This document shows positions 26,972 to 36,192 of a stretch of 49,558 nucleotides of DNA, piece after piece. The translations under genes and the position numbers were made by a program. Source of the DNA: Crocinitomicaceae bacterium (GTDB lineage: Bacteria; Bacteroidota; Bacteroidia; Flavobacteriales_D; CAJJDF01); assembly GCA_024639505.1 (NCBI GenBank), contig JAHEIE010000013.1, forward strand, positions 1-49,558, given 5' to 3'. The first letter of the stretch is position 1, and every line of letters begins with the position of its first letter. A model generated the notes under the pieces. That model was not told where the DNA came from and did not search any database. It saw only the letters and a program-made list of their open reading frames with translations.

Positions 26972-27599
26972 TCTCCTTATACATTCTTATCCAATCCGGG
27001 TTTTGCATGTCATAAAACAATTCATACATGGAAGGGCCATGAAAAAAATCGGCAATGTGGTTTATTCCGTAATTTTTCGCCAAATACTCGGTTTGCTTGG
27101 GGCTAGGTCTCCATCTATTTGCCGACCAGCCAATGTCTTCGGCAGGAACAGCTGAAGCTCCTTTTCCATATTTTGGGTGAATTGAATACCGCAGTTTCCA
27201 AATGTCCCAAACTGGTAGGCAAATCGGTTTCATTTCTTCCCAAAGTGTATCCACAATCAATACTCCTCCTAGGCTTTTTGGATCATCCAGAATTAGTCCA
27301 CAATCTACACGAGCTTCTTTAAAAAAATCAAGGCGATTGGGATTTGCTTCGTTTTTCAAAACTCCTTTGCCGTACATCACAAATTGAGCCTCTGTTATAG
27401 GTTTTTTACTTACGATATTGTGGTTGGTAGAATCCAAACCAAGAATCATAAAATTCACCACACTGCTTCCAGCCGAAGGATTTATTGTAAAGCCTAACTC
27501 AAAATAGAGCTTAGTTTTCTTCTGTGAACTAAAAGATGAAATCCCTAGAATCATTATAGAAACACCAGTAAAAAGTAAAATTCGATTAAATTTTTTCAT
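26964..27599 (-). CDS. Hypothetical secreted protein, Trp-rich C-terminal half
   Basis: 211 aa with a signal peptide (ILLFTGVSIMILGISSFSSQ). I recognise no family. Confidence 0.55.
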   Translation of the reverse strand: MKKFNRILLFTGVSIMILGISSFSSQKKTKLYFELGFTINPSAGSSVVNFMILGLDSTNHNIVSKKPITEAQFVMYGKGVLKNEANPNRLDFFKEARVDCGLILDDPKSLGGVLIVDTLWEEMKPICLPVWDIWKLRYSIHPKYGKGASAVPAEDIGWSANRWRPSPKQTEYLAKNYGINHIADFFHGPSMYELFYDMQNPDWIRMYKEIN

Positions 27600-27639
27600 A
27601 GTAGTTTTTCTATTCAGTAATCAAGATTTATACCAGATT

Positions 27640-29148
27640 TTACAATCTCTGTAAAGGTGTACAAACACCATCTACACAACTGTAGCATTTTAACTTATCC
27701 TTGAAGATAGAAGATTTAAAAACAGATTTATTCAAAAGCATACGCACACATTCCTGAATTCCTTCGATGATAGAAGGGTGAGGGTGAACCATTTCTGCCA
27801 ATTCATCTATTCCTTTATCCATTTTAATAAGAAGCGCAACCGCTTGAATAGCACTTGATGCATGTTCGCCAATGGCTCTCATACCCAATATTTTCATTTC
27901 TTTATCATTTGTAACGATAATTTTAAAAAATCCTTCTGTTTTTCTCATTGCAATAGCTCTTGCGATACAAGAATAATCGATTTTCACCACTTTAACTGGA
28001 ATATTCTTTTCGATACATTGTTTTTCGTTCATTCCCACAGCAGCTACTTCTGGATCTAAGAACATGATGTTACTAATGTTGTCATAAGAAATAGGAGTCG
28101 GTTGTTTTTCCATGAACATTCGCTCAATGGCATGCCTAGCTTCCAATTCTCCTACATTCACCAATGATATATTTCCTGATACATCACCAGCAACATAAAT
28201 ATTAGGAATGTTTGTTTGTGTATCGTCATCGCCAATGTGTCTTCCTCTAGCACTCATTTTTACACCGGCATTTTCCATCCCGATATGTTCCACATTTGGA
28301 ATTCTTCCGATGGACAGTAAAGCTTTTTCAACACGAATCACTTCTTTTCTGCCGTCTTCATAAGCCAATTCATATTCTACTTCACCATCGATTTTTTCTA
28401 GCCTTTCTAGGTTTGCTTTATTGTGTATGGTAACTCCATTTTTTTTCAAATTATTAGCTACCAAAGATGAAATGTCGCTATCTTCAAAAGGTAAGATGTG
28501 ATCCGCTTTATCAATCAAATACACTTTTGTTTTACTAAAACTAGAAAACATTGTTGCATATTCACAACCAATAACTCCCGCACCTACAATTACCAGGCTT
28601 TTTGGGAATGATTCCATGTGATGAATTCCATCACTTGTCATTACAATTTTTTCATCTACATCAATGGTAGGTATTTTTCTTGGTCTGCTTCCTGTGGCAA
28701 TTACTATATTTTCTGCCCAAATTGTAGTTTCGGTATCGTCCTTTCTTTTGATTTCTATTTCGTGGTTAGAAATCATTGTGGCAGTTCCTTTTTCGTAACT
28801 AAATTTATCTTTTAGTTTTGTGTCAAGTAGCTTAACATGAGACGAATACTGAAACTTTCTTTCAAAAATTGCGTCTTTAATAGTTTTTTGAACATCGTCC
28901 CAAGTAACTTCCAGCTGCCTTCTTCCCGCAGTGTACAGGTTTGTATTTATCGTATCTACCTTTCGCGACAATTCCCACATCGTTTTAGAAGTAAGAGCAC
29001 CATTGTAAATTCCAGCGCCTCCCAGTTTGTCTTTCTCAATCAATACTACTGATTTGTCGAAATCTACTGCTCTCATTGCTGCGGCATATCCTGCAGGTCC
29101 CCCGCCAATGATACACACATCGTATTTTTTAGTCGAATTTTCGTCCAC
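27640..29148 (-). CDS. Class I flavoprotein disulfide-reductase-fold oxidoreductase (Lpd/SthA-like) lacking the redox-active CxxxxC
   Basis: 502 aa. YDVCIIGGGPAGYAAA (FAD), VIVGAGVIGCEYA (NAD), YVAGDV and HPHPSIIEG (His-Glu dyad of the dimerisation domain). LGGAGIYNGALTSK sits where Lpd has GGxCxxxGCxPSK. Confidence 0.85.
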   Translation of the reverse strand: MDENSTKKYDVCIIGGGPAGYAAAMRAVDFDKSVVLIEKDKLGGAGIYNGALTSKTMWELSRKVDTINTNLYTAGRRQLEVTWDDVQKTIKDAIFERKFQYSSHVKLLDTKLKDKFSYEKGTATMISNHEIEIKRKDDTETTIWAENIVIATGSRPRKIPTIDVDEKIVMTSDGIHHMESFPKSLVIVGAGVIGCEYATMFSSFSKTKVYLIDKADHILPFEDSDISSLVANNLKKNGVTIHNKANLERLEKIDGEVEYELAYEDGRKEVIRVEKALLSIGRIPNVEHIGMENAGVKMSARGRHIGDDDTQTNIPNIYVAGDVSGNISLVNVGELEARHAIERMFMEKQPTPISYDNISNIMFLDPEVAAVGMNEKQCIEKNIPVKVVKIDYSCIARAIAMRKTEGFFKIIVTNDKEMKILGMRAIGEHASSAIQAVALLIKMDKGIDELAEMVHPHPSIIEGIQECVRMLLNKSVFKSSIFKDKLKCYSCVDGVCTPLQRL

Positions 29149-29262
29149 TTAATTTGCTTGTTTGCCTCAAGAAATAAACTCTCTTGACATAGATTAATTA
29201 TATGGGTTAAAGGTATAAAAAAAATGATTTTACTTCTGCCTTTTCCTTAAATTCTTATGGCT

Positions 29263-29270
29263 TATATTTG
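29263..29270 (+). promoter_or_regulatory. Candidate -7 promoter box (TATATTTG) for the YkgJ-like gene
   Basis: TAnnTTTG match 36 nt upstream of ATG 29307. Confidence 0.4.
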
Positions 29271-29306
29271 TAAATAATTAAACGGATTAAACGTAATTAT
29301 TTTTTC

Positions 29307-29825
29307 ATGAACGAATCTTACCAAAAGTTACTTGACTTACCCAAACAGACACGAGATAAAAACAAAAAATTTATCAAGAAACTGAAAAACAAGAAGCCAA
29401 AGAATTTGGACGATATGTTTCATGAAAAACACGAAGAAGTGTTTGAAGAAATTGATTGCTTGCAATGTGGGAATTGTTGCAAAACCACCAGTCCCATTTT
29501 TAGAGAGATTGACATCAAAAGAATTTCCAAAAAGCTGAGAATGAAGGAGCCTGATTTTATTAGTTCCTATCTCAGGATAGATGGAGATGGAGATTATGTA
29601 TTGCAAACAGCTCCCTGTCCTTTCTTGGATTTAGAGGATAATACTTGCGGCATTTATGATTTTAGACCTGCAGCATGCGGTGAATATCCTCATACAAACA
29701 GAAAAAACATGTTTCAAATATTGGACTTAACTTTAACTAATTCAACAATTTGTCCTGCAGTTTCTAGTATTGTTACCCAATTGGAAAAGGCGAGTGACAT
29801 GGATAGGAAGTTTTATAAACCTTAG
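29307..29825 (+). CDS. YkgJ-family cysteine-cluster protein (UPF0153)
   Basis: 172 aa. CLQCGNCCKT (CxxCxxCC), then a second cluster CPFLDLEDNTCGIYDFRPAACGEYP. Confidence 0.8.
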   Translation: MNESYQKLLDLPKQTRDKNKKFIKKLKNKKPKNLDDMFHEKHEEVFEEIDCLQCGNCCKTTSPIFREIDIKRISKKLRMKEPDFISSYLRIDGDGDYVLQTAPCPFLDLEDNTCGIYDFRPAACGEYPHTNRKNMFQILDLTLTNSTICPAVSSIVTQLEKASDMDRKFYKP

Positions 29826-29973
29826 TAAATTAATAATTGACAATGAATAATTATGTGAGAATTGCTAATCTTGAATTTTGATGGAAGAAATATTACTCTC
29901 TGTTAAAACTCGTTGTCAAACATAGATTTCATTTAGAATAAAAATCTTGAAAAAAATAATATCATTTAAAGTG

Positions 29974-29981
29974 TATTTTTG
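29974..29981 (+). promoter_or_regulatory. Candidate -7 promoter box (TATTTTTG) for the MATE gene
   Basis: TAnnTTTG match. The MATE reading frame opens at 30007. Confidence 0.35.
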
Positions 29982-30060
29982 CCGAACAAAATTATCCACT
30001 TTTTAATCATTCATTATCACTTACAAACTCTACACAAACGAATTTAAACGAAACCTTCAA

Positions 30061-31383
30061 TTGGCTTGGCCAGTAATTTTAGGTTTGTTGGGCCATACCA
30101 TTGTTGGTTTGGTAGACAATGTAATGGTGGGAAAACTAGGAACTGCTCCGCTAGCTGCGGTAAGCCTTGGGAATAGTTTTTTATTTATGGCGATGTCAAT
30201 TATTCTGGGTTTTTCAACTGGAATTACTCCTTTGGTTGCCGCTGCCGATTCTACCAATAATTTTAAGGAAGGAAAAAGCGTTCTAAAAAATGGAATTCTA
30301 TTGGTTACTTCGCTCGGGGTTTTACTCACGATTATTATATTTTGTGTGCAACCACTCCTTTACGAAATGAAACAAACAGAAGAGGTGGTTGAATTAGCTA
30401 TTCCATACCTCAATATTGTCGCTTTGTCTCTTATTCCATTGGCTGCTTTCCAGGCTTTAAAACAGTTTACCGATGGTTTGTCACAAACCAAATACTCGAT
30501 GTGGGCAACGGTCATTGCTAATATTTTGAACGTATTGTTGAATTACGTTTTGATTTATGGAATATGGATTTTTCCAGAACTAGGAATCGTAGGTGCGGCA
30601 TGGGGAACATTGATTTCCAGAATTGTAATGGCTATTGTTATGTTTCTTTTTATTGCAAAAAAGGAGAAGTTTTTGGTGTATTTTGATGATTTATGGAACG
30701 AAAAAATTGTAAAATCCACATTTAAAACATTGAATAAAATAGGGTTTCCTTCTGCGTTACAAATGTTTTTTGAGTTTGGTATTTTTACAGCTGCAATTTG
30801 GCTGAGTGGAACATTAGGAAAAAATCCTCAGGCTGCTAATCAAATTGCACTTAATTTATCTTCAATGACATTTATGTTTGCCATGGGACTTGCGGTTGTG
30901 GCAACCATTAGAGTTGGAAACCAATTTGGGTTGAAAGATTTTTCAGAATTACGAAGAATTGCTCGTTCCTTGTTTTTGCTTATTCTTATTTTGGATGTCA
31001 TTTTCGCCTTGTTTTTCATGGTTTTTAATGAATTCTTACCCACTATTTATTTAGATGTGAATGACATTGAGAATAAAATAGATAATACTGAGGTAATTTC
31101 AATTTCAGCCAAATTATTAATTATAGCAGCGTTTTTTCAGTTGTTCGATGGTATACAGGCTGTTGTTTTAGGTGCTTTAAAAGGTATGCAGGATGTAAGG
31201 ATACCAACTTTTATCACGTTTGTAGCTTATTGGGTAATTGCTTTTCCCATAAGTTACTACTTTGGTTTATTAGCCGGATACGGATCTCAGGGACTTTGGG
31301 TTGGATTGTTGGTTGGTTTGGCTGCTTCTGCGGGCTTACTGCTTTGGAGGTTTAGGGTTGTTACAAACAAGCAGTTGAATTAA
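30061..31383 (+). CDS. MATE-family multidrug/compound efflux transporter (start codon uncertain)
   Basis: 440 aa from TTG 30061. LAWPVILGLLGHTIVGLVDNVMVGKLG is a typical MATE TM1 segment. About 12 TM. The frame is open from 30007 but contains no ATG/GTG before 30061. Confidence 0.85.
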   Translation: MAWPVILGLLGHTIVGLVDNVMVGKLGTAPLAAVSLGNSFLFMAMSIILGFSTGITPLVAAADSTNNFKEGKSVLKNGILLVTSLGVLLTIIIFCVQPLLYEMKQTEEVVELAIPYLNIVALSLIPLAAFQALKQFTDGLSQTKYSMWATVIANILNVLLNYVLIYGIWIFPELGIVGAAWGTLISRIVMAIVMFLFIAKKEKFLVYFDDLWNEKIVKSTFKTLNKIGFPSALQMFFEFGIFTAAIWLSGTLGKNPQAANQIALNLSSMTFMFAMGLAVVATIRVGNQFGLKDFSELRRIARSLFLLILILDVIFALFFMVFNEFLPTIYLDVNDIENKIDNTEVISISAKLLIIAAFFQLFDGIQAVVLGALKGMQDVRIPTFITFVAYWVIAFPISYYFGLLAGYGSQGLWVGLLVGLAASAGLLLWRFRVVTNKQLN

Positions 31384-31958
31384 AGCTCTCGTACTAGCCT
31401 CACGCTCATCCCCAATTCTACGCCTTTGTAACTTCTATGTTTACTCGAGAATTGCTTTTCTCTGTTGCCGGATGTGGCAAACCCTTCGATAAAGCTTATG
31501 TAACTCGCTGTATGTTTGTTTGGTGTGGTTTGGCTCCAAAAAGCATAAGGACCATTTCCCCAAACGAATGTTGAATCTAGAAACGAAAAATTCTCTTGAT
31601 ACTTTTTTCTGTCCGATTTGTTTTTGTTGATTGTGCGGTATTGCTTTATGGTAGGAGTTTTCCAATCACTAAATCCTCCATAGGTTTTGATATTTATTTC
31701 GTCCCTAAACTCAAAAATTTCTTTCCAATCATTCAAAAATCTTCCTTTTAGAAGGCTAAAGTCTTCTTTCATCCACATAAGTTTGGTAGTTGAGTCTATT
31801 ATAAATTTAGAAGAATCAATTTGGGTTACTACTATTGTATTGGATTCGAGTTTTGGTAATTCGTCAATTACTTGTATTTGTTTTTCTTCATTAGGAAGGT
31901 TACACGAAGTAAAAAGAGTTAGAGTAAAAACTGCGATTGCAAGGCTTAAGTTTGTCAT
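31380..31958 (-). CDS. DUF1566 (Lcl C-terminal-like) domain lipoprotein
   Basis: 192 aa with lipobox LFTSCNL. TKLMWMKED, GGFSDWKTPTIKQYRTI and FWSQT fit the DUF1566 pattern (tGLmW ... DWrLPt..EL ... yWSst). Confidence 0.62.
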   Translation of the reverse strand: MTNLSLAIAVFTLTLFTSCNLPNEEKQIQVIDELPKLESNTIVVTQIDSSKFIIDSTTKLMWMKEDFSLLKGRFLNDWKEIFEFRDEINIKTYGGFSDWKTPTIKQYRTINKNKSDRKKYQENFSFLDSTFVWGNGPYAFWSQTTPNKHTASYISFIEGFATSGNREKQFSSKHRSYKGVELGMSVRLVREL

Positions 31959-31966
31959 TTTAATAT

Positions 31967-32533
31967 TTACTTTTTTGAACCGCTGAAAATTCTAGAGACT
32001 ATTCCTTTGTCTTTGGTAAACTCTGCAAAAAGAACGCCCGATATATGGATTGCGATAAATCCGATTAAATAATAGGTTCCTAATTCATGGATTTCTTCCA
32101 TTGATTTTTTAATGGTTTTTGGTCCCCAAACTATGATTAGGCCTGTTGTTAAAGAAACTATTACACAAAAATAAAAAACAACATAAGTCCATTTTTTAAA
32201 CTTTTCGGTCATGGACAATCCTCTGGATAATGGGTTTTGAAATTTCATTTCTCCAAAAAAAGGTAAAGCAAAACGAAGACTAAATAATCCAACCAAAACA
32301 TATCCAGCGTAATTATGCCAAATCCACATGGGTTGTCTTATTTTTTTTGCCAATTTTATCAATTCCTCCTGCGATAAAACTACTTCCTTGTCTTCTATAT
32401 ATTTATCAATAATTTCAGCAACATTATACTTGTTTAGCCACGTTAACCTAAGTAAAATGGTGAGCAGTAAAAACAAAAAAGTAAAGGCAATAGCCCAGTG
32501 AATTACCCTGTATATTTTTGAATACTGTGTCAT
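31967..32533 (-). CDS. Cytochrome b561-family membrane protein
   Basis: 188 aa with 4 TM helices. Conserved-looking His residues in TM1 (RVIHWAIA), TM2 (WIWHNYAGY) and TM4 (FIAIHISG). Confidence 0.65.
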   Translation of the reverse strand: MTQYSKIYRVIHWAIAFTFLFLLLTILLRLTWLNKYNVAEIIDKYIEDKEVVLSQEELIKLAKKIRQPMWIWHNYAGYVLVGLFSLRFALPFFGEMKFQNPLSRGLSMTEKFKKWTYVVFYFCVIVSLTTGLIIVWGPKTIKKSMEEIHELGTYYLIGFIAIHISGVLFAEFTKDKGIVSRIFSGSKK

Positions 32534-33165
32534 GTCAAATAGTTATGTGGTATTTTATTTTTCACAAAACTACCAAACACAAAGTTTTGTTCAGTTGCAA
32601 AAGGAGTTGTGTGATTTTCTGTAAATGAGTCGATTAACTTGAATTCAGGTTGAAACAAAGCCATCAAAGAATCAGAATTGTATTGTGAAATTTCTAATCC
32701 ACTGCATTTTAGAGGCCCGCTTGTTGAAAAAGTTCCAATTAATACATGGTCAGTAACATATTTGGTTACGAGATTTTGGTAGCGAATAATTTCTTCCTCG
32801 TTAGTCAAAAAATGAAAGGTAGCTCTGTCGTGCCAAATAGAGTAGGAGCGATTTGGTTCAAACTCTGTGATGTCGCTTTCTATCCAAGTTACAAGTTTTG
32901 CTTTTTCTCCGATTCTTTCTTTGGCTCTTTCCAGAGCTTTTCCAGAAATGTCTAACACAGTGATGTCTGAAAAACCCAATTCCAATAAGTGATCTACCAA
33001 CAAGCTGTCACCTCCACCAATATCAATGATTGGAGCAGACAAAGCAGGGGAGCAAGCTTCAATGAGTGTCAAAGAAGTTTGAGGTTTTAATTGTGTCCAG
33101 CTTACTTCGTTTGGTGTTTTTGTGTGGTAAACATTTTCCCAATGATTTTTTCTCTCGTTGTACAT
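32530..33165 (-). CDS. Class I SAM-dependent methyltransferase
   Basis: 211 aa. HWENVY...EVSW N-terminus, IIDIGGGDSLLVDHLL (motif I) and VLDIS (acidic motif II). Its stop overlaps the start of the downstream cytochrome b561-family gene by 4 nt (32530..32533). Confidence 0.8.
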   Translation of the reverse strand: MYNERKNHWENVYHTKTPNEVSWTQLKPQTSLTLIEACSPALSAPIIDIGGGDSLLVDHLLELGFSDITVLDISGKALERAKERIGEKAKLVTWIESDITEFEPNRSYSIWHDRATFHFLTNEEEIIRYQNLVTKYVTDHVLIGTFSTSGPLKCSGLEISQYNSDSLMALFQPEFKLIDSFTENHTTPFATEQNFVFGSFVKNKIPHNYLT

Positions 33166-33243
33166 GTTAGTTTTTAATTGGTTTCGGGATTTTTTTGCTT
33201 TTGCAAAATGATCTAACTCATGAGTTTGAATCCAAGGTGAAAA

Positions 33244-33564
33244 TTAAAGATTCATTGTTTTTGCTATTTTTTTAGCATCTGCAGCATATTGGTCATCACC
33301 TCTTGATTTCCATTCTCCTGTTTTGTCAATATAAAATTGAATTGTTTTTTCTATCACAGCGTTGTATCCGCCATATAAATCCAACATTTTATCCACCTCT
33401 GTCATGTACTCTTCTTGAGTTAATTCATTTGTTTTTACCAAATCAAACAATCGGTTTATACGTTTCGATTTCTCCTTGTAAATAGGGTCTTTTGTTTTGT
33501 ATGCCATCAAGAATAATGACAATGCTTTTGCTTCAGGAGATGGTTTTTCTATGTTGTTTTCCAT
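33244..33564 (-). CDS. Hypothetical small helical protein
   Basis: 106 aa with no signal peptide. No family recognised. Confidence 0.45.
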   Translation of the reverse strand: MENNIEKPSPEAKALSLFLMAYKTKDPIYKEKSKRINRLFDLVKTNELTQEEYMTEVDKMLDLYGGYNAVIEKTIQFYIDKTGEWKSRGDDQYAADAKKIAKTMNL

Positions 33565-33592
33565 GTATTAAATAGAGTTAATTTGTTATCTT

Positions 33593-33600
33593 CAAAAGTA
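33593..33600 (-). promoter_or_regulatory. Candidate -7 promoter box (TACTTTTG on the minus strand)
   Basis: Plus-strand CAAAAGTA, 29 nt upstream of ATG 33564. Confidence 0.4.
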
Positions 33601-33661
33601 GTGAATTAATGACACACCGCTCGGTATAATGGTGTTTAGTTGTCTTTTTATTCTGAAGTTT

Positions 33662-35113
33662 TTATCTCTCTTGGTTTAGGGTATAAAAATCATTCATGTA
33701 ATCAATCAATGTATTTCTGACTGTGTCAGGAGGCAGAACGTCCATAATCTTATTTATTAATGCTAATTTTTCTGGGACTTTACCATTGGAAAACCCAAGT
33801 AGTTTACCTAGCTTATCAAAATTTTCGGGCGATAGGTTTTGTGCTAATTTCTTTGCAGTTTCAATTGTCACTTTTTCTGCTGCTTTTTTTACTAGTCCCT
33901 TTTTCTGAACTTTTTGATGGCATTCTTTTAAATCTTTGATAAATTCATCCACCAAATTTTCATGAATTTTGGAAACTGTGAGGTGTAAATTTGCTGGACT
34001 ATAGTCGTTTGATAGTTGAAACTGAACAAACCATCCTTTGTGGTTTAATTCATCGAACAAATCGTAAGGATTTCCTTGGGTTGTGGTAAAGGAAAATAAC
34101 GATACTTCTGGAATACCTATTACTTGTAATCCTTCAATAGAATTAATTCCATCAATAAATCGAGCTGTTGTGCTCATTGTTTTTTTTGATATTTCACAAT
34201 ATCCATCTTTTCCCAAAAACTTCATTACGGCCCAAGCCGCAGCAATCGGTCCGCCTGTTTTAGTGCTGAGTATGGTTGGGTTTACTAATGTGTAGCCTGT
34301 CCATTCTGAACAAGCGTAGTATTGATGTTTTCTATAAGATTTGTTTCTATGCATCAATGCAGAGCATCCTTTGGCTGTATATCCATATTTATGTAAATCC
34401 ATAGAGATTGAAGTAACTCCAGGAACCGAGAAATCGAATTCTGGTACTTGCTTTAATCCTGCCAATCTATTAAATCCCAAAACAACACCACCAATGCAGG
34501 CATCAACATGAAGCATCACATTGTTTTTCAAAGCAATCTCTCCAATTTTCTTTATTGGGTCAACCACACCAAAAACGTATGACGGGGCAGAAGCTGCAAT
34601 TAAAATGGTATTCTCTGTGATTGCTCTCTCGATGGCAATTACATCCGCTTTGTAGTCTGGTGTGAGAGGCACAACAATTGGAGTAACCTCAAAATAATCA
34701 CAAGCTTTAAAAAATGCCGAATGTATAGAGTAGGGCATTATCAATTCGAATTTCGTTTGACTTGGGTTTAATGATTTAGCTCTGTTTTTAGCTGTTTTTA
34801 CTGCTAAAAGAATGCTTTCTGTTCCGCCAGTTGTGAGAGTCCCGACAACCTCTTTTCCTCCTTGTAAAATTTCGCTACACTTTCCAATCACTTCCGTTTC
34901 CATATCTCTAAGACTTGGAAAAAGAGTAGGGTCTACGGGGTTCTCGGTCAAAAACATGGTGTATGCTTTTTTAGCTATTTCTTCAATTTCTTCTCCTGCA
35001 GGGTAAACAGAGCAGAAAATTCTTCCTGTTCTCCAATCAAAATCTTGTTTTTGTTTTTCTTCTAATTGTTTAAAAATTTCTTCTTTCGAAATTCCTGAGT
35101 TTTGTAAAATCAT
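33662..35113 (-). CDS. PLP-dependent group II decarboxylase-fold enzyme, sphingosine-1-phosphate-lyase-like
   Basis: 483 aa. TTGGTESILLAVKTA and SMDLHKYGYTAKGCS (PLP-Lys) resemble the SPL signatures (tSGGTESIl.A; D.HKYG.a.KG.S) more than GAD does. No N-terminal TM. About 70 aa of helical C-terminal extension. Confidence 0.75.
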   Translation of the reverse strand: MILQNSGISKEEIFKQLEEKQKQDFDWRTGRIFCSVYPAGEEIEEIAKKAYTMFLTENPVDPTLFPSLRDMETEVIGKCSEILQGGKEVVGTLTTGGTESILLAVKTAKNRAKSLNPSQTKFELIMPYSIHSAFFKACDYFEVTPIVVPLTPDYKADVIAIERAITENTILIAASAPSYVFGVVDPIKKIGEIALKNNVMLHVDACIGGVVLGFNRLAGLKQVPEFDFSVPGVTSISMDLHKYGYTAKGCSALMHRNKSYRKHQYYACSEWTGYTLVNPTILSTKTGGPIAAAWAVMKFLGKDGYCEISKKTMSTTARFIDGINSIEGLQVIGIPEVSLFSFTTTQGNPYDLFDELNHKGWFVQFQLSNDYSPANLHLTVSKIHENLVDEFIKDLKECHQKVQKKGLVKKAAEKVTIETAKKLAQNLSPENFDKLGKLLGFSNGKVPEKLALINKIMDVLPPDTVRNTLIDYMNDFYTLNQER

Positions 35114-35127
35114 TGTCGAGATATTAG

Positions 35128-36192
35128 TCAGTGAGTAGATTTGTAAAAGTTTGAAATCACAGTTTCGGCTGGTTTATTCTGTGGGGTAAAGCGATTATTG
35201 TCTTTTCCGCCTGCTTCATCATGTTTTGGGTGCCATTTCCATAAATACCCTCCAGCAAACCAAGGTTCGTCCCAAAAAGTTTCAAATATGGCCGTGTATC
35301 CGTTGTTTTGTCCTTTGTTATTTAATGTTTGATTATCATCTATTTTATAGGGTTCTTTCCCGGTAAAATCAATGTTTCGATAACCAAATTCTGTAAATAG
35401 AACTTGTTTGTTTTCTCGAAATGATATAGATTTTATCTCATCTTTTATCGGTTTCCAGTTTGATAGAAGTGCAGTTACTGTTGGAGTTTTACTTTCGGAT
35501 AGTGGGAAATAGGCTTCAATTCCTATAAAATCTAGTTTGTCCCAGAATGTAATACTTGAGAAGTTATCCCAATTTGCAGCGTAAGTAAGTTTTCCTGAAT
35601 AATGATTGCGAACTGAATCAATCAGCGAGTTCCAAAATTGTGGTCTAACCTTCGCTACTTGCTTTAATTCAACTCCCACACACAACATTTCTACTTTCAT
35701 TGAATCAGCCAATTTTGCAAAATCCAAGATAAAATTCGTGTAGGTTGTTTCAAATTCATTCCATTCCGTTTCGGAATCAAAATTCAAATCACCAATCCAG
35801 CCGTCATGTGTCCACAAATGAGGTTTTAATAACACAAACAAATTGGCTTCTTTTGCTAATTTTATTTGTTCAATTGTTCCGATTTTTTTCTCGCCATGCC
35901 ATTGCCATTCCAGATTGTATTCCACATTTGATTGTCCAGAACGGATAAATCCAAAAGGAACAATAGCAACAGAATTAGAATAAAGGTTTACTATAGGTGA
36001 AATATCGTTAGAATCTATTTTAGAATTAATTGCAACTATATTTACTCCGTTAATTTTATTTTCTATTAAAATATTGTTTTCAATTTCGGAGTTGGAGGAA
36101 GGGATTAAATTTTTATTTCTTTCGCACGAAGACATACTCAAAGAAAGAAACAGAATTAGAGAAATGAGTAAGTTGTCAATGTTGATGTTCAC
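35128..36192 (-). CDS. Clan GH-A-like TIM-barrel glycoside hydrolase lipoprotein (family uncertain)
   Basis: 354 aa with lipobox LSMSSCE. Candidate acid/base residue in CVGVELK and nucleophile in VLFTEFGY. Trp-rich C-terminal strands. Confidence 0.6.
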   Translation of the reverse strand: MNINIDNLLISLILFLSLSMSSCERNKNLIPSSNSEIENNILIENKINGVNIVAINSKIDSNDISPIVNLYSNSVAIVPFGFIRSGQSNVEYNLEWQWHGEKKIGTIEQIKLAKEANLFVLLKPHLWTHDGWIGDLNFDSETEWNEFETTYTNFILDFAKLADSMKVEMLCVGVELKQVAKVRPQFWNSLIDSVRNHYSGKLTYAANWDNFSSITFWDKLDFIGIEAYFPLSESKTPTVTALLSNWKPIKDEIKSISFRENKQVLFTEFGYRNIDFTGKEPYKIDDNQTLNNKGQNNGYTAIFETFWDEPWFAGGYLWKWHPKHDEAGGKDNNRFTPQNKPAETVISNFYKSTH

